Positions 9,311 through 19,158 of a stretch of 64,000 nt of DNA are shown here, piece after piece. Every line of letters begins with the position of its first letter. Position 1 is the stretch's first letter. Location: contig JBGSUE010000045.1 in assembly GCA_041753515.1 (NCBI GenBank), positions 2,027 to 66,026 on the forward strand, read 5' to 3'. Origin of the DNA: Patescibacteria group bacterium (GTDB lineage: Bacteria; Patescibacteriota; Microgenomatia; UBA10105; UBA927). Below the pieces are notes generated by a model. That model was not told where the DNA came from. It made no database searches and saw nothing but the letters and a program-made list of their open reading frames with translations. A program made the position numbers and the translations under genes.

Positions 9311-11070
9311 TCTATTATATAGTGTCCCATCACCAGATAGTCAATATCGGTTTTTATAAAACAATTGATTGCATCACGGGGTGTGCAGACGATCGGTTCG
9401 CCGCGCACGTTAAACGACGTATTGATGATAGCCGGAACGCCCGTCAACTTTCTGTATGCATCAATAAGATCATAATAGAGGGGATTATCTGCCCGGCGCA
9501 CAACCTGCAGCCGCCCCGTACCGTCTACATGGACAGTTGCCGGCACCCCGGATTTCCCTTTTTTCGTAAACGGATACACAAACAGCATGAACCTAGCTGA
9601 TTCCGGTATCGGCATATCAACCGTAAAATACTTCGTCACATATTCCTCAAGTATGGAGGGAGCAAACGGACGAAACATCTCTCTGTGCTTTACTTTTGCG
9701 TTGATGATATCCTTCATCCGGTCATTTTGCCCTGACGCCAGAATACTGCGGTTGCCGAGAGCCCGCGGCCCCCACTCCATCCGTCCCTGAAACCATCCGA
9801 TTATTTTCTCTGTATGAAGAAGTAATGCAACTGAATCGATAAGTTTTTCATCAGAGGGATACTTTTCATAAGAAAATCCATACGCGTCTAAAACAGATTG
9901 GATATGCAAATCATCATAGGAGGGACCAATGTATGGTGTAAAATTTGGATGATAGACAGGATTTTTGTCACGCCAATATGCGTACAGCGCAGCTCCCATG
10001 GATCCCCCACCGTCGCCCGGATCAGGTGGAATATAGATGTTTTTAAATGAAGTTGTACTCAAAATTTTTGCATTGGCTACTGAATTGAGCGCCACGCCAC
10101 CGGACAGACAGAGATTTTTGTTTTTATACGTATCGTATGCATGACGGATGATGTGAAAAAGCACTGATTCAAGTTTCTTCTGCAGTGCTGATGCAATATT
10201 CTCATACGGTCGTGTCATGGCGGAACCGGGACGCCGGGGGGGGACTCCAAACAGCTTTTCAAGATCTTTTGTAAACATATGATCTGCATAGACGTATGAA
10301 AAATATTTGATATTCACCGCATAGCTGCCGTCGGCATAGACCGATATCAGCTCATCCATGTGGGAGGAATATGGAGCCGGATCACCATACGCGGCAAGTC
10401 CCATCACCTTGTATTCGGCATCATTCACTCCGAATCCCAAAAATGCAGTCAACGCAGAATACACAAGTCCTACAGAATGCGGAAAACGGATTTCCCGGTC
10501 AATGGAAATTTTTCCAAACTCTCCCATCCCGAGAGTCGTCGTAGACCATTCCCCGACCCCGTCGACGGTCATGATAACGCATTTTTTATATCCCGACAGA
10601 TAATACGCCCCCGCCGCGTGGCTCATGTGATGAGGAACGAATGAAACAGGTCCGGAATAACCACACTGTATTTTGAGTGTCCGGGAGAGTGAAAGTCGGA
10701 ATGAAAACCACTGACTGATCGATTCCCTGTACACTCCCATGCTTTTTGGGAATGTTGAAAGATGCTGGGCAAGAATACGCTCAAATTTCACAACCGGTTT
10801 TTCGTAAAATGCAACCTCTGTCACTTCCCTGATATCAATCATGGCCCATGAAAGGCACCAGCGGATGGCGTGAACAGGAAATGAATTGTCATGCTTTATC
10901 CGGGTAAAACGCTCTTCCATTGCAGCTGCAACAATCGTACCGTCAACGATGAGACAGGCGGAGGAATCGTGGTAATAGCAGGCAATGCCCAAAATAACGG
11001 ATTTCATACTAAAACATACTCCCGGTGTCATTATTACCGCTATACGGTTCCCATGTAGAATCTGTTTCAT
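9277..11070 (-). CDS. carbamoyltransferase, NodU/CmcH (HypF-like) family
   Basis: N-terminal ILGIACYYHDSSACLIVDG Kae1/YgjD-like fold, ~600 aa, C-terminal carbamoyltransferase domain. Confidence 0.85.
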   Translation of the reverse strand: MKQILHGNRIAVIMTPGVCFSMKSVILGIACYYHDSSACLIVDGTIVAAAMEERFTRIKHDNSFPVHAIRWCLSWAMIDIREVTEVAFYEKPVVKFERILAQHLSTFPKSMGVYRESISQWFSFRLSLSRTLKIQCGYSGPVSFVPHHMSHAAGAYYLSGYKKCVIMTVDGVGEWSTTTLGMGEFGKISIDREIRFPHSVGLVYSALTAFLGFGVNDAEYKVMGLAAYGDPAPYSSHMDELISVYADGSYAVNIKYFSYVYADHMFTKDLEKLFGVPPRRPGSAMTRPYENIASALQKKLESVLFHIIRHAYDTYKNKNLCLSGGVALNSVANAKILSTTSFKNIYIPPDPGDGGGSMGAALYAYWRDKNPVYHPNFTPYIGPSYDDLHIQSVLDAYGFSYEKYPSDEKLIDSVALLLHTEKIIGWFQGRMEWGPRALGNRSILASGQNDRMKDIINAKVKHREMFRPFAPSILEEYVTKYFTVDMPIPESARFMLFVYPFTKKGKSGVPATVHVDGTGRLQVVRRADNPLYYDLIDAYRKLTGVPAIINTSFNVRGEPIVCTPRDAINCFIKTDIDYLVMGHYIIDKSKITNPKSQ

Positions 11071-11203
11071 TATGCGTACAGATCAATTTTTTACCGAGAA
11101 GTAAAAGTACCAGAGACGTCATACCGATTCCGGCCATATATGAAAATATCAGAAGAATCTGCCGGATGATATAGACAATAAACTTTACAAATGTCTTGAC
11201 AAT

Positions 11204-12241
11204 ATGTATGCTAGTCATATGTTTACACCGTCATATACTATCACGAGGGAGCTTCTGAGTGAAATAGCTGCCATCGAACGGCTGTACGGAACACTCGAGG
11301 GCTTGAAAGTACCCAGGGAGCTGGAAATGGATCTGACCCGGAAAAACATGATCAAATCATCGTATGCCTCAAACCGTATTGAGGGCAACCCTCTGACGCT
11401 TCCTGAAGTTACAAACCTGATACTGGACGACCGCGTACCGGCGACACGCGATGAAAAAGAGGTGCGTAATTATTACGACATCCTTATGCATATGGACAAT
11501 TACATAGACCGTAGTTTGGGAGTCTCCCTTGTGACGGAACTTCACCAAAAACTACTTGACGGCGTTGACAAAGAAGCCGGAAATATCCGCAATGTCATGG
11601 TGGTTGTGGGCAAATACAAAGAAGAAAAAGGCAATGTATCGCTATCTGTCAAGCACAATCCGCCGTTTCACAAAAAAAAAGAAATTGTTCGGGCACTTGA
11701 AGATCTTTTTGAATGGACTTCTGACAATCTGACCATCCCGACTGTCATCCTGACCGGTATTTTCCATCATCAGTTTGTGTATCTTCATCCGTTTGAGGAC
11801 GGAAACGGACGGATTACGAGAATACTGACGTCGCTTCTGTTTGCCCGCAACAATTACCGGATAAACCGGTACTTTATCCTCGATGACTATTATGATATAG
11901 ACCGCCAGGAATACTCCGATTCCCTTCACATGGCGGATACCGGCAATCTGACTGCGTGGCTTGAATACTACGGGAAAGGTGTCAAATATGCTCTGCAGAG
12001 TGCAGTTGCCAAGTATAAAAACGCCGTGATGACTCTCAGGTTTGACCAGAAACCCACACCAAAAGAACGGGAAGTTCTGGGAATCGCACAGGAAAAACCG
12101 GATATTACGAGCGCTGATGTCGTCGACCGCCTTCATGTCTCCCGCCAGCAAGCCCACAATCTCCTGCGCGGCCTGGTGGATAAAAATTTACTGACCAAAG
12201 AAGGAAAAACAAAACGGAGTTTTTACCGGATTGCCTCTTGA
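11204..12241 (+). CDS. Fic/Doc family AMPylase-type protein with N-terminal inhibitory motif and C-terminal winged helix
   Basis: Canonical HPFEDGNGRITR Fic motif; upstream SNRIEG fits the (S/T)xxxE(G/N) inhibitory helix. Confidence 0.85.
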   Translation: MYASHMFTPSYTITRELLSEIAAIERLYGTLEGLKVPRELEMDLTRKNMIKSSYASNRIEGNPLTLPEVTNLILDDRVPATRDEKEVRNYYDILMHMDNYIDRSLGVSLVTELHQKLLDGVDKEAGNIRNVMVVVGKYKEEKGNVSLSVKHNPPFHKKKEIVRALEDLFEWTSDNLTIPTVILTGIFHHQFVYLHPFEDGNGRITRILTSLLFARNNYRINRYFILDDYYDIDRQEYSDSLHMADTGNLTAWLEYYGKGVKYALQSAVAKYKNAVMTLRFDQKPTPKEREVLGIAQEKPDITSADVVDRLHVSRQQAHNLLRGLVDKNLLTKEGKTKRSFYRIAS

Positions 12242-12269
12242 TTTTCACGTCTTTCATTTTGTATAGTGG

Positions 12270-12698
12270 GTGAATATGGATGATACACCTGTTGTAGTTG
12301 ACTCACCTGATGTGACAGTACTGCCTGAGCTTGAATCCCTCATTAAAAGCCACATTACCGGAATTGAGGCACGGAAAAGGGAACTGAAAAAACTCCGGGA
12401 AATGGTCACCGATGCTCTCGGGAATGATCCCACATACCAGGAACATGAAAAAGCGGCAAAAGAGGCAGCAAAAATCAAAAATGCAACGAAGTCTCAAATA
12501 CTGAAATCACCAGCTAACCAGGAAATGGTGAAAAAAACACACGAAATGGCCGCTGATATCAAAGAAATGGATGAAGCGCTTTCCGAGTATCTTCGTGAAT
12601 TCCAGCGCCTCTCAGGCGCAAATGAAATAGAAACTGATGACGGGGTGGTACGGGAGATCGTGTACGTCGCCAAACTCGTCAAACGCACCGGCAAGTGA
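12270..12698 (+). CDS. hypothetical coiled-coil protein
   Basis: 142 aa, Lys/Glu-rich helical. Confidence 0.4.
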   Translation: MNMDDTPVVVDSPDVTVLPELESLIKSHITGIEARKRELKKLREMVTDALGNDPTYQEHEKAAKEAAKIKNATKSQILKSPANQEMVKKTHEMAADIKEMDEALSEYLREFQRLSGANEIETDDGVVREIVYVAKLVKRTGK

Positions 12699-13462
12699 AA
12701 TACGCGATCAGCATTATTATCTGTTCTATCCTCCTGTTGTTTCTTTTTCCTAAAAATCACATCCATGTGCCGTCTGAAGATCCCCCGGTATCCCCCACTG
12801 AAACCAAACAATCTCCATTTTCTGCTGTTATTCAATATAAAAATATTACGTATGGCATCGCGGCATATGAAGTCGACACGAACGAAACAGTTGATCTTAT
12901 ACCCAATTTCTCTCAAAAAATGGGCAGTGCAGACGTTTTTCTTTCCAATTCCTGTTCGTTTCTGACCAACGGCAGCTTTTATACCCCTGAAAATGAACCG
13001 GTTGGACTTTTTCAGATTGGCGACCACATACTCAAACCATTTATTCAAAACAGGACTGTTAACAGTGTCGTGTATCGCAGAAACAAGAGTCTGTATGTTG
13101 ATTATGATTATCTCCAAACACCAACAGACTGGATATTCCAGGCAGGACCGATGCTGTATTTTCACGGATCGCCTCTTCCCCTCAAAATCAAAAACGATGA
13201 ACCAGCCCGCAGGATGGTGGCAATCCAAAGATCCGACAACCGAATACTATTTACTGCAATCGTGATTGAGTCGCAAATTACCAGTGGCCCGTATCTAGCC
13301 GATGTCCCCGTGATTCTTAAAACATATTCTTCCCAAAAAGCTATTCCAATTCAGAATGCTGTAAATCTTGATGGCGGGTCTGCATCCGTATTTCATTCAG
13401 ACTCAATGGTATACCCGGAATTTAATCCGGTCGGAAGTTTTTTGTGTGTCAGACCCCGGTAG
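12695..13462 (+). CDS. phosphodiester glycosidase-like (DUF2233/NAGPA-like) membrane-anchored protein
   Basis: N-terminal TM; NLDGGSASVF resembles the NLDGGGS signature of this family. Confidence 0.45.
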   Translation: MKYAISIIICSILLLFLFPKNHIHVPSEDPPVSPTETKQSPFSAVIQYKNITYGIAAYEVDTNETVDLIPNFSQKMGSADVFLSNSCSFLTNGSFYTPENEPVGLFQIGDHILKPFIQNRTVNSVVYRRNKSLYVDYDYLQTPTDWIFQAGPMLYFHGSPLPLKIKNDEPARRMVAIQRSDNRILFTAIVIESQITSGPYLADVPVILKTYSSQKAIPIQNAVNLDGGSASVFHSDSMVYPEFNPVGSFLCVRPR

Positions 13463-13479
13463 TGTATACTAGATTTTAT

Positions 13480-15462
13480 ATGAAAGATACGCGGTTTGTT
13501 TTCGTATCCGCACTTCTTTTCGTCTACATTCAAACAGTACTCTTCCACCCTATCGGAACGATTGCCATCATCGGTATTTTCATACTTATCTATGGGCTCA
13601 TATGCGTTGTATCACACCGTCTCCCTCCTCCACTTTTTCTCTTTCTTCTTATAATTTTTCCTTCAACCATGCTCCTGCGGTCAAATTTTCTTGTCCAGGC
13701 AGTACTGGCAGCGTCCATAATTGCCCTATTTCCGTACACTGTCTATATCCTGAAAACCGGAACGGATCCAACAGTAAATATACAAAATGTCCTCAGTGCG
13801 TATCTGTCGATAAAACTCAGTTATCTTTCAACACTCATGAGACGGTCACTGTATCCGAAATTCCTTCATAAACAATGGATACTTCCGGTTTTCGCCGGTC
13901 TTGGGATTGCAAGTGTGCCGGGATTTCTGCTGTTAGGACTTTTTTCCAGCGCAGACCCTGTATTTTCCCGATCAGTAGAAAAGTTTTTTTCCACAATCCA
14001 TATCGGAAAATTTTCCATTCGCATCGGTGTAGCAATCCTCATCTATCTCTTTGCCAGAGCAACTCAGCTGCTCCCTGACCCTAAAAAAATATCTTTTCCG
14101 AAATACGTGGCTGTGTTTAATACTCCCATCACGATACTTACCTCGGTCATCGCACTTGTCACCGGTTGGTTTCTTGCCGTGCAGTGGCGCTATATTTTTG
14201 CTTCTGTAACCCGGGAAACAGATCTTTCACAATTCGGTGTATCGACGTATTCGGAATATGTTCGGCGCGGATTTGCGGAGCTTCTTCTAGCAGGAATCAT
14301 TATTCACAGCATACTTCTGGTCGGATACCTCAGTGTGCGAAACAGGAAAAACAAACTTTTTACCTATCATTTTTGGGTTCAAATATTCTTAATCGCACAG
14401 TATGGAATTTTTATTTTGAGTGTCATGCGCAGAGTATTTCTCTACTGGCAATTCCACGGGCTTACTCTCGTCCGGTTTTATGGAGCCGTATTCCTCATCT
14501 ATCTTGGAGCACTCACCATCATCCTTCTCTTGCGTCATTTCCGCCGGTTTGCCTGGGCTCGTGTAGAGTTAACTCTCACCGCAATCATGATTCTTTGCAC
14601 CGGACTGTTCAATGCAGACCATTTTCTCTCTACCCACCATCCGCCATCCGTCAACGGTAAAACGGATTATGTCTATCTGTCCCGTCTTTCACCGGACGGA
14701 TACAACGGCTGGATGCAAAGTTATATGTATGCGACACAGACTTTGGCTGTATTATCCGCAAAACCTGTATCTCATTTTACCGAAGATGACCGGCGGGTTT
14801 TTGCCGGCGTAGGTTCAATTCTCGGATCTCTCACCCGCTCATACGATTATCTGGCACAGAGACATTCGACTGCAGATCAATATACTATGTATTCACAGAC
14901 AGTTTCCCTATCGCTTGAAAATCAGTTCTATACATACATATCAACAGCACAGACAGATCAACAACTATTGACACGTTACGGCGATACAACCTCTTATGCG
15001 CTTGAATCCTTTTTACAGCCTTACACATTTACATCACCTGCCTATACCCTGACAGAACAGATCTCCAGGGCAGAATCATTCCGTACAATTCTCCGTAAAC
15101 CTCAATCGGCATCCCGTCTCCAGACAGATCCGGTTTTTGCACATATATCACTTACTGACGGGGAAACATGCGCGTATAACCGCGATACTGAAAATAATAC
15201 CTTTGTCTTCTGCATGCCGCAATTTTATTGGGTGACCATGAAAAGCACACCTGTTTTATCCGTTTGGGAAAAAATACTGCAATATAACGCATCGGACGCC
15301 CGCGTCTGGAGCATGCTCTCAAAAGACATTCCGATACAGACGCTCATCGGCCTTCAGGAATCGTATATTTCACTGTATTATAAACTGATGACACTGCCCG
15401 CAGAGTCCCGCACCTTTTCCCGTGATTCTTCTACCGAAGCCCTGTTCCTTCAGTCGTACTAA
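13480..15462 (+). CDS. large polytopic membrane protein (about 12 TM) with C-terminal soluble domain, function unknown
   Basis: ORF track starts at 13444; the start at MKDTRFVF avoids overlap with the upstream gene. Confidence 0.5.
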   Translation: MKDTRFVFVSALLFVYIQTVLFHPIGTIAIIGIFILIYGLICVVSHRLPPPLFLFLLIIFPSTMLLRSNFLVQAVLAASIIALFPYTVYILKTGTDPTVNIQNVLSAYLSIKLSYLSTLMRRSLYPKFLHKQWILPVFAGLGIASVPGFLLLGLFSSADPVFSRSVEKFFSTIHIGKFSIRIGVAILIYLFARATQLLPDPKKISFPKYVAVFNTPITILTSVIALVTGWFLAVQWRYIFASVTRETDLSQFGVSTYSEYVRRGFAELLLAGIIIHSILLVGYLSVRNRKNKLFTYHFWVQIFLIAQYGIFILSVMRRVFLYWQFHGLTLVRFYGAVFLIYLGALTIILLLRHFRRFAWARVELTLTAIMILCTGLFNADHFLSTHHPPSVNGKTDYVYLSRLSPDGYNGWMQSYMYATQTLAVLSAKPVSHFTEDDRRVFAGVGSILGSLTRSYDYLAQRHSTADQYTMYSQTVSLSLENQFYTYISTAQTDQQLLTRYGDTTSYALESFLQPYTFTSPAYTLTEQISRAESFRTILRKPQSASRLQTDPVFAHISLTDGETCAYNRDTENNTFVFCMPQFYWVTMKSTPVLSVWEKILQYNASDARVWSMLSKDIPIQTLIGLQESYISLYYKLMTLPAESRTFSRDSSTEALFLQSY

Positions 15463-15483
15463 TAAACATGGTACACTTTCCCC

Positions 15484-16806
15484 ATGACCATTAAATTTTT
15501 AGGAGCGGCGGGTACCGTGACCGGATCGGGATACATTCTGACGAACGATACCGGGCAGTCGATTCTTATTGATCTTGGCATGTTCCAGGGGCCGCCGGAC
15601 ATTGACCGCCTGAACGCAACACCGCTTGATCCCACCGATATCAAAAATCTTTCCGGTGCAATCCTGACTCATGCCCATACGGACCATTGCGGCCGCCTGC
15701 CGCTTCTTACCTCCCGCGGATTTTCTGGAAATATATACATGACGGCACCCACATATGAACTGACGAAATATTCCCTACAGGACAGCGCAAAAATCCAGAA
15801 GTCGGATAAAGCTCAACAGCTTTTCACCTCTGATGATGTCGATTCTATTACACAGACTTTCAAAATTCTTCCATACGGGAAATTGTTGACTATCGGCAAT
15901 TTTTCAATCCGGTTTCTTGATGCCGGACACATCATCGGATCGGCAAGCATTGAGATACAAGCCGACGGCAGAACTATTTTGTTTTCCGGTGATTTGGGTA
16001 ACAGTCCGGAAATGCTCGTTCAAGCCACACAATCCATACCCCGTGCCGATACCGTCATCATGGAATCAACATACGGTGACAGGAACCATCCGGCTGGTAA
16101 TCCGGCCGACGTGGTAGCCAATGAGATAGTCCACATACGGAAATCAAAAGGCACGCTTCTCATCCCGGCATTCTCCATTGAGAGGACACAGGAACTACTC
16201 CACATATTCAATCATCTCAATCCCGGCATACCGGTCTACCTTGACTCACCTATGGCAGACTATGCAACGGAAGTGTATGACAAATACAGGAGCCTCATGA
16301 ACGACGAAGTAGCCCAAGATTACCGGACAGAAGACGGTCCGTTTGTGTTTCCCGAGCTTGTGACTATCAAAAGTCATGGGGCAAGCTCAAAACTGGGAAC
16401 AACGGATGGTCCGAAAGTCATAATCGCCGGAAGCGGCATGATGACCGGCGGACGGATGCTGACACATGCGAAAGAACTGCTCCCCGATCCGTCAACCCGG
16501 TTACTGATCGTCGGATATCAGGGAGAAGGAACACTCGGCCGGGAGCTTCAGGAAGGAAGTACGGATGTTGTCATCCAGGGACACCATGTACATGTAGAGG
16601 CAACAATCACAGACTGCCAACTCATGAGTGCCCATGCCGACCAATCGCAACTTATATCATGGATTTCTTCCATTGCGGGAGTGAAACATCTGATCCTGAC
16701 ACATGGGGAAGATAGCCCCAGAAATACACTTAAACAGCTTATTCACACAAAAACTGATATAACGGATATCCGGCTTCCAGCGATGGGCGAAATGGTGTCA
16801 CTCTGA
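15484..16806 (+). CDS. MBL-fold beta-CASP family ribonuclease (RNase J/CPSF-like)
   Basis: HAHTDHCG metal-binding motif, ~440 aa with a beta-CASP C-terminal region. Confidence 0.8.
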   Translation: MTIKFLGAAGTVTGSGYILTNDTGQSILIDLGMFQGPPDIDRLNATPLDPTDIKNLSGAILTHAHTDHCGRLPLLTSRGFSGNIYMTAPTYELTKYSLQDSAKIQKSDKAQQLFTSDDVDSITQTFKILPYGKLLTIGNFSIRFLDAGHIIGSASIEIQADGRTILFSGDLGNSPEMLVQATQSIPRADTVIMESTYGDRNHPAGNPADVVANEIVHIRKSKGTLLIPAFSIERTQELLHIFNHLNPGIPVYLDSPMADYATEVYDKYRSLMNDEVAQDYRTEDGPFVFPELVTIKSHGASSKLGTTDGPKVIIAGSGMMTGGRMLTHAKELLPDPSTRLLIVGYQGEGTLGRELQEGSTDVVIQGHHVHVEATITDCQLMSAHADQSQLISWISSIAGVKHLILTHGEDSPRNTLKQLIHTKTDITDIRLPAMGEMVSL

Positions 16807-17481
16807 CTATTCTACACCTGCATGTATCCTCATCCCATTGCTTTTGAGCCACTTGATCTGCTGTTTATACGACGGATTAAAACGGGAAACGAGCGACCAG
16901 AACGCACGGGAGTGGTTTTTATGGACTATGTGGCTCAGCTCATGGATGACAACGTAGCGGATGACCAGTGGCGGCGCCATTACGAGCCGCCAGGAAAACT
17001 GCAGACGGTTATCGTGGCTGCAGGATGCCCACTTGCTACTTGTGTCCGAAAAATATACCCCTGAATACGATACATGCATTGATAGTGACAAGGACTCTAC
17101 ATAACCGCAAATAATATCTTTTGCCTGTTTTTTATACCAAGTGCCCAGCTCAGTTTTTATGCGGAACTGCACAGAGCGCGGAAACTGCAGTTTTTCCTCC
17201 ACTGCCGAAATTTCTTTATACGGCCCGATGTCCAATACACATTCTTTCCCTAAATACAAAATTTTCTCACCGTGGACATACGATATATCTTTAGGAATGG
17301 CTGATATTAGCTTATTCTGCTTTTCAATCCATTCCTTATGGCTTTCCACGAACCTGCGGATGACAAACAGCGGCACCAGCCTCGGTGCTTTTACCACAAT
17401 ATGCCCATCCGGAGCCATGCTCATAATTATGCTTCTTCTAGATGATCGACGTATCTCAATATCTGTGGTCATGCCAACCAT
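16807..17481 (-). CDS. YgjP-like (DUF45/WLM) zinc metallohydrolase
   Basis: HELSHIVHKNHSRAFW HExxH motif; ORF-track N-terminus (to 17673) is probably an extension; start taken at MVGMTTDIEIRR. Confidence 0.7.
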   Translation of the reverse strand: MVGMTTDIEIRRSSRRSIIMSMAPDGHIVVKAPRLVPLFVIRRFVESHKEWIEKQNKLISAIPKDISYVHGEKILYLGKECVLDIGPYKEISAVEEKLQFPRSVQFRIKTELGTWYKKQAKDIICGYVESLSLSMHVSYSGVYFSDTSSKWASCSHDNRLQFSWRLVMAPPLVIRYVVIHELSHIVHKNHSRAFWSLVSRFNPSYKQQIKWLKSNGMRIHAGVE

Positions 17482-17520
17482 AGTACCGTACACATACTGT
17501 AGTGTACAATCCCGTATACA

Positions 17521-18483
17521 ATGTTTATCGATAGCGTGGATATTACAGTTATTGCAGGAAATGGCGGATCCGGTGCTGCCACGTTCCGGCGTACCGCACA
17601 GACTGCTTTTGGCGGACCTGACGGAGGCAATGGCGGAAACGGCGGAAATATCTATGTCCAAGGTTCGGTTCATATCAGAGATTTATCCGCATTCAGGTTT
17701 AAAAAAACAATTGAGGCCGAGCAAGGAGCACACGGTACAAAACATAACGGATTCGGCAAAAATGCCGCCCATACCACAATCTTCGTGCCCATCGGCACAA
17801 GAATAACCGATACCGATACGGGAGACATCATCGACATTCTCGATACCGATACACGCATACTTGTCGCAGAGGGAGGAAAAGGCGGCAAGGGAAACGTATT
17901 TTTCAAAAGTCCGACAAACAGGGCTCCGGAAAACAAGGAACCCGGAGGCACAGGTCAACAAAAACACATCCACCTGGAACTGTATCTTATTGCAAAAATC
18001 GGACTCGTGGGGCTACCGAACGCAGGAAAAAGCAGTCTTCTGGCTGCTCTCACCCGGGCCCGTCCTGCAATCGCTCCCTATCCGTTTACCACCCTTGAGC
18101 CGTCAATCGGCATGCTTGACGGATATGCTATTGCCGATATTCCGGGACTGATTGAAGGAGCATCCAATGGGAAAGGACTGGGTATACAATTTTTGAAACA
18201 CATCGAAAAAACAGAAGTACTGATCCACTGTATCGACTGCACGAACACCGATGTATGTAAAGCATACAATACTGTCCGGAACGAATTCAAAAACTATAAT
18301 CCGGAACTTATGCAAAAAAAAGAACTGATTTATCTGAATAAAACCGATCTTATCGATGAAAACATAGTACAAAAACTGATAAACGAGCTGAAACATCTGA
18401 ATCCAGAGATCGTCGCAGGTTCCGTTTACAGCCAAAAAACACTATCTACCCTCACCTCACGCATCTTTTCAATGCTCCGTTAA
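17521..18483 (+). CDS. obg: GTPase Obg
   Basis: Gly-rich Obg fold (GPDGGNGGNGGNIYVQG) then GLVGLPNAGKSSLL P-loop. Confidence 0.9.
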   Translation: MFIDSVDITVIAGNGGSGAATFRRTAQTAFGGPDGGNGGNGGNIYVQGSVHIRDLSAFRFKKTIEAEQGAHGTKHNGFGKNAAHTTIFVPIGTRITDTDTGDIIDILDTDTRILVAEGGKGGKGNVFFKSPTNRAPENKEPGGTGQQKHIHLELYLIAKIGLVGLPNAGKSSLLAALTRARPAIAPYPFTTLEPSIGMLDGYAIADIPGLIEGASNGKGLGIQFLKHIEKTEVLIHCIDCTNTDVCKAYNTVRNEFKNYNPELMQKKELIYLNKTDLIDENIVQKLINELKHLNPEIVAGSVYSQKTLSTLTSRIFSMLR

Positions 18484-18496
18484 CACATGTGGTGTA

Positions 18497-18521
18497 TTGA
18501 TGCTCCGATTTTTGCTATAAT
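18497..18521 (+). promoter_or_regulatory. putative extended -10 promoter (TGcTATAAT) upstream of the first GIY-YIG ORF
   Basis: TTGATG ... tttTGcTATAAT 10 nt before the ATG. Confidence 0.3.
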
Positions 18522-18530
18522 TACCTGCAC

Positions 18531-18794
18531 ATGGCATGGTTCTGCTATATTGTGGAATGCAGTGACGGATCACTGTATACAGGAATTACACTGGACCTTA
18601 AAAGACGGGAAGACGAACACAATACGGATGATAAAAAAGGTGCAAAATATACCAGATATAAACGTCCGGTAAAAATCGTGTATTCCGAAAAATTTCAGAC
18701 ACAATCCCAAGCACGGATAAGAGAAGCAGCAATTAAGAGATGGCCGAAAGAAAATAAGGTAAAATTGATAATGAAAAATAAAATGGGCCGCTAG
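18531..18794 (+). CDS. GIY-YIG nuclease family protein (YhbQ/UPF0213-like)
   Basis: YIVECSDGSLYTGIT ... KRREDEHN GIY-YIG core; TAG stop lies inside the tRNA-like sequence GGGCCGCTAGCTCAATGG. Confidence 0.75.
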   Translation: MAWFCYIVECSDGSLYTGITLDLKRREDEHNTDDKKGAKYTRYKRPVKIVYSEKFQTQSQARIREAAIKRWPKENKVKLIMKNKMGR

Positions 18795-18835
18795 CTCAAT
18801 GGTAGACCCGGCAGCTGCCGGGCTTTTAAGCGAAT
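18785..18835 (+). other. tRNA-like 5' fragment (acceptor plus D-arm-like GGGCCGCTAGCTCAATGGTAGA, then palindrome CCCGGCAGCTGCCGGG and CTTTTAAGC)
   Basis: Resembles the 5' half and anticodon loop of the downstream tRNA-Lys but has no matching 3' acceptor strand. Confidence 0.35.
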
Positions 18836-19114
18836 ATGTTTCAAGTTTATGTAATTCGGGCAAGTACGAATGGGAAAATATATATCGGGCAAACAGAAGA
18901 TATCGCTAAAAGATTGGATCAGCATAATAATCGCAATTTCGACAAACGTGCATATACAAAACTAAACGGAAAAGATTGGAAGATTGTGTATACTGAAGAA
19001 TATCAAACAAGATCTGAAGCTTTAAAACGAGAAAATGAACTCAAATCACACAGAGGAAGAGACTTTATTAAAAATTTACTTTCGGGGGTCGGTAGCTCAA
19101 CGGTAGAGCAGTAG
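18836..19114 (+). CDS. GIY-YIG nuclease family protein (YhbQ/UPF0213-like), second copy
   Basis: VYVIRASTNGKIYIGQTEDIAKRLDQHN; TAG stop falls at positions 8-10 of tRNA-Lys. Confidence 0.75.
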   Translation: MFQVYVIRASTNGKIYIGQTEDIAKRLDQHNNRNFDKRAYTKLNGKDWKIVYTEEYQTRSEALKRENELKSHRGRDFIKNLLSGVGSSTVEQ

Positions 19115-19158
19115 CCTTTTAAGCTATTGGTTCAGGGTTCGAATCCCTGCCGACTCAC
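19086..19158 (+). tRNA. tRNA-Lys (anticodon TTT)
   Basis: Hand-folded cloverleaf: acceptor GGGTCGG/CCGACTC, D-stem GCTC/GAGC, anticodon loop CTTTTAA, T-arm CAGGGTTCGAATCCCTG. Confidence 0.85.

Noticed and set aside
17141-17806. 221-aa plus-strand ORF
   Set aside because: It is antisense to the YgjP-like gene and overlaps obg in another frame, with no motif.
18785-18835. Complete tRNA (for example tRNA-Ser GCU via the CCCGG/CCGGG stem)
   Set aside because: There is no T-arm and no 3' acceptor strand complementary to GGGCCGC, and the D-stem is defective. It is treated as a 5' fragment.
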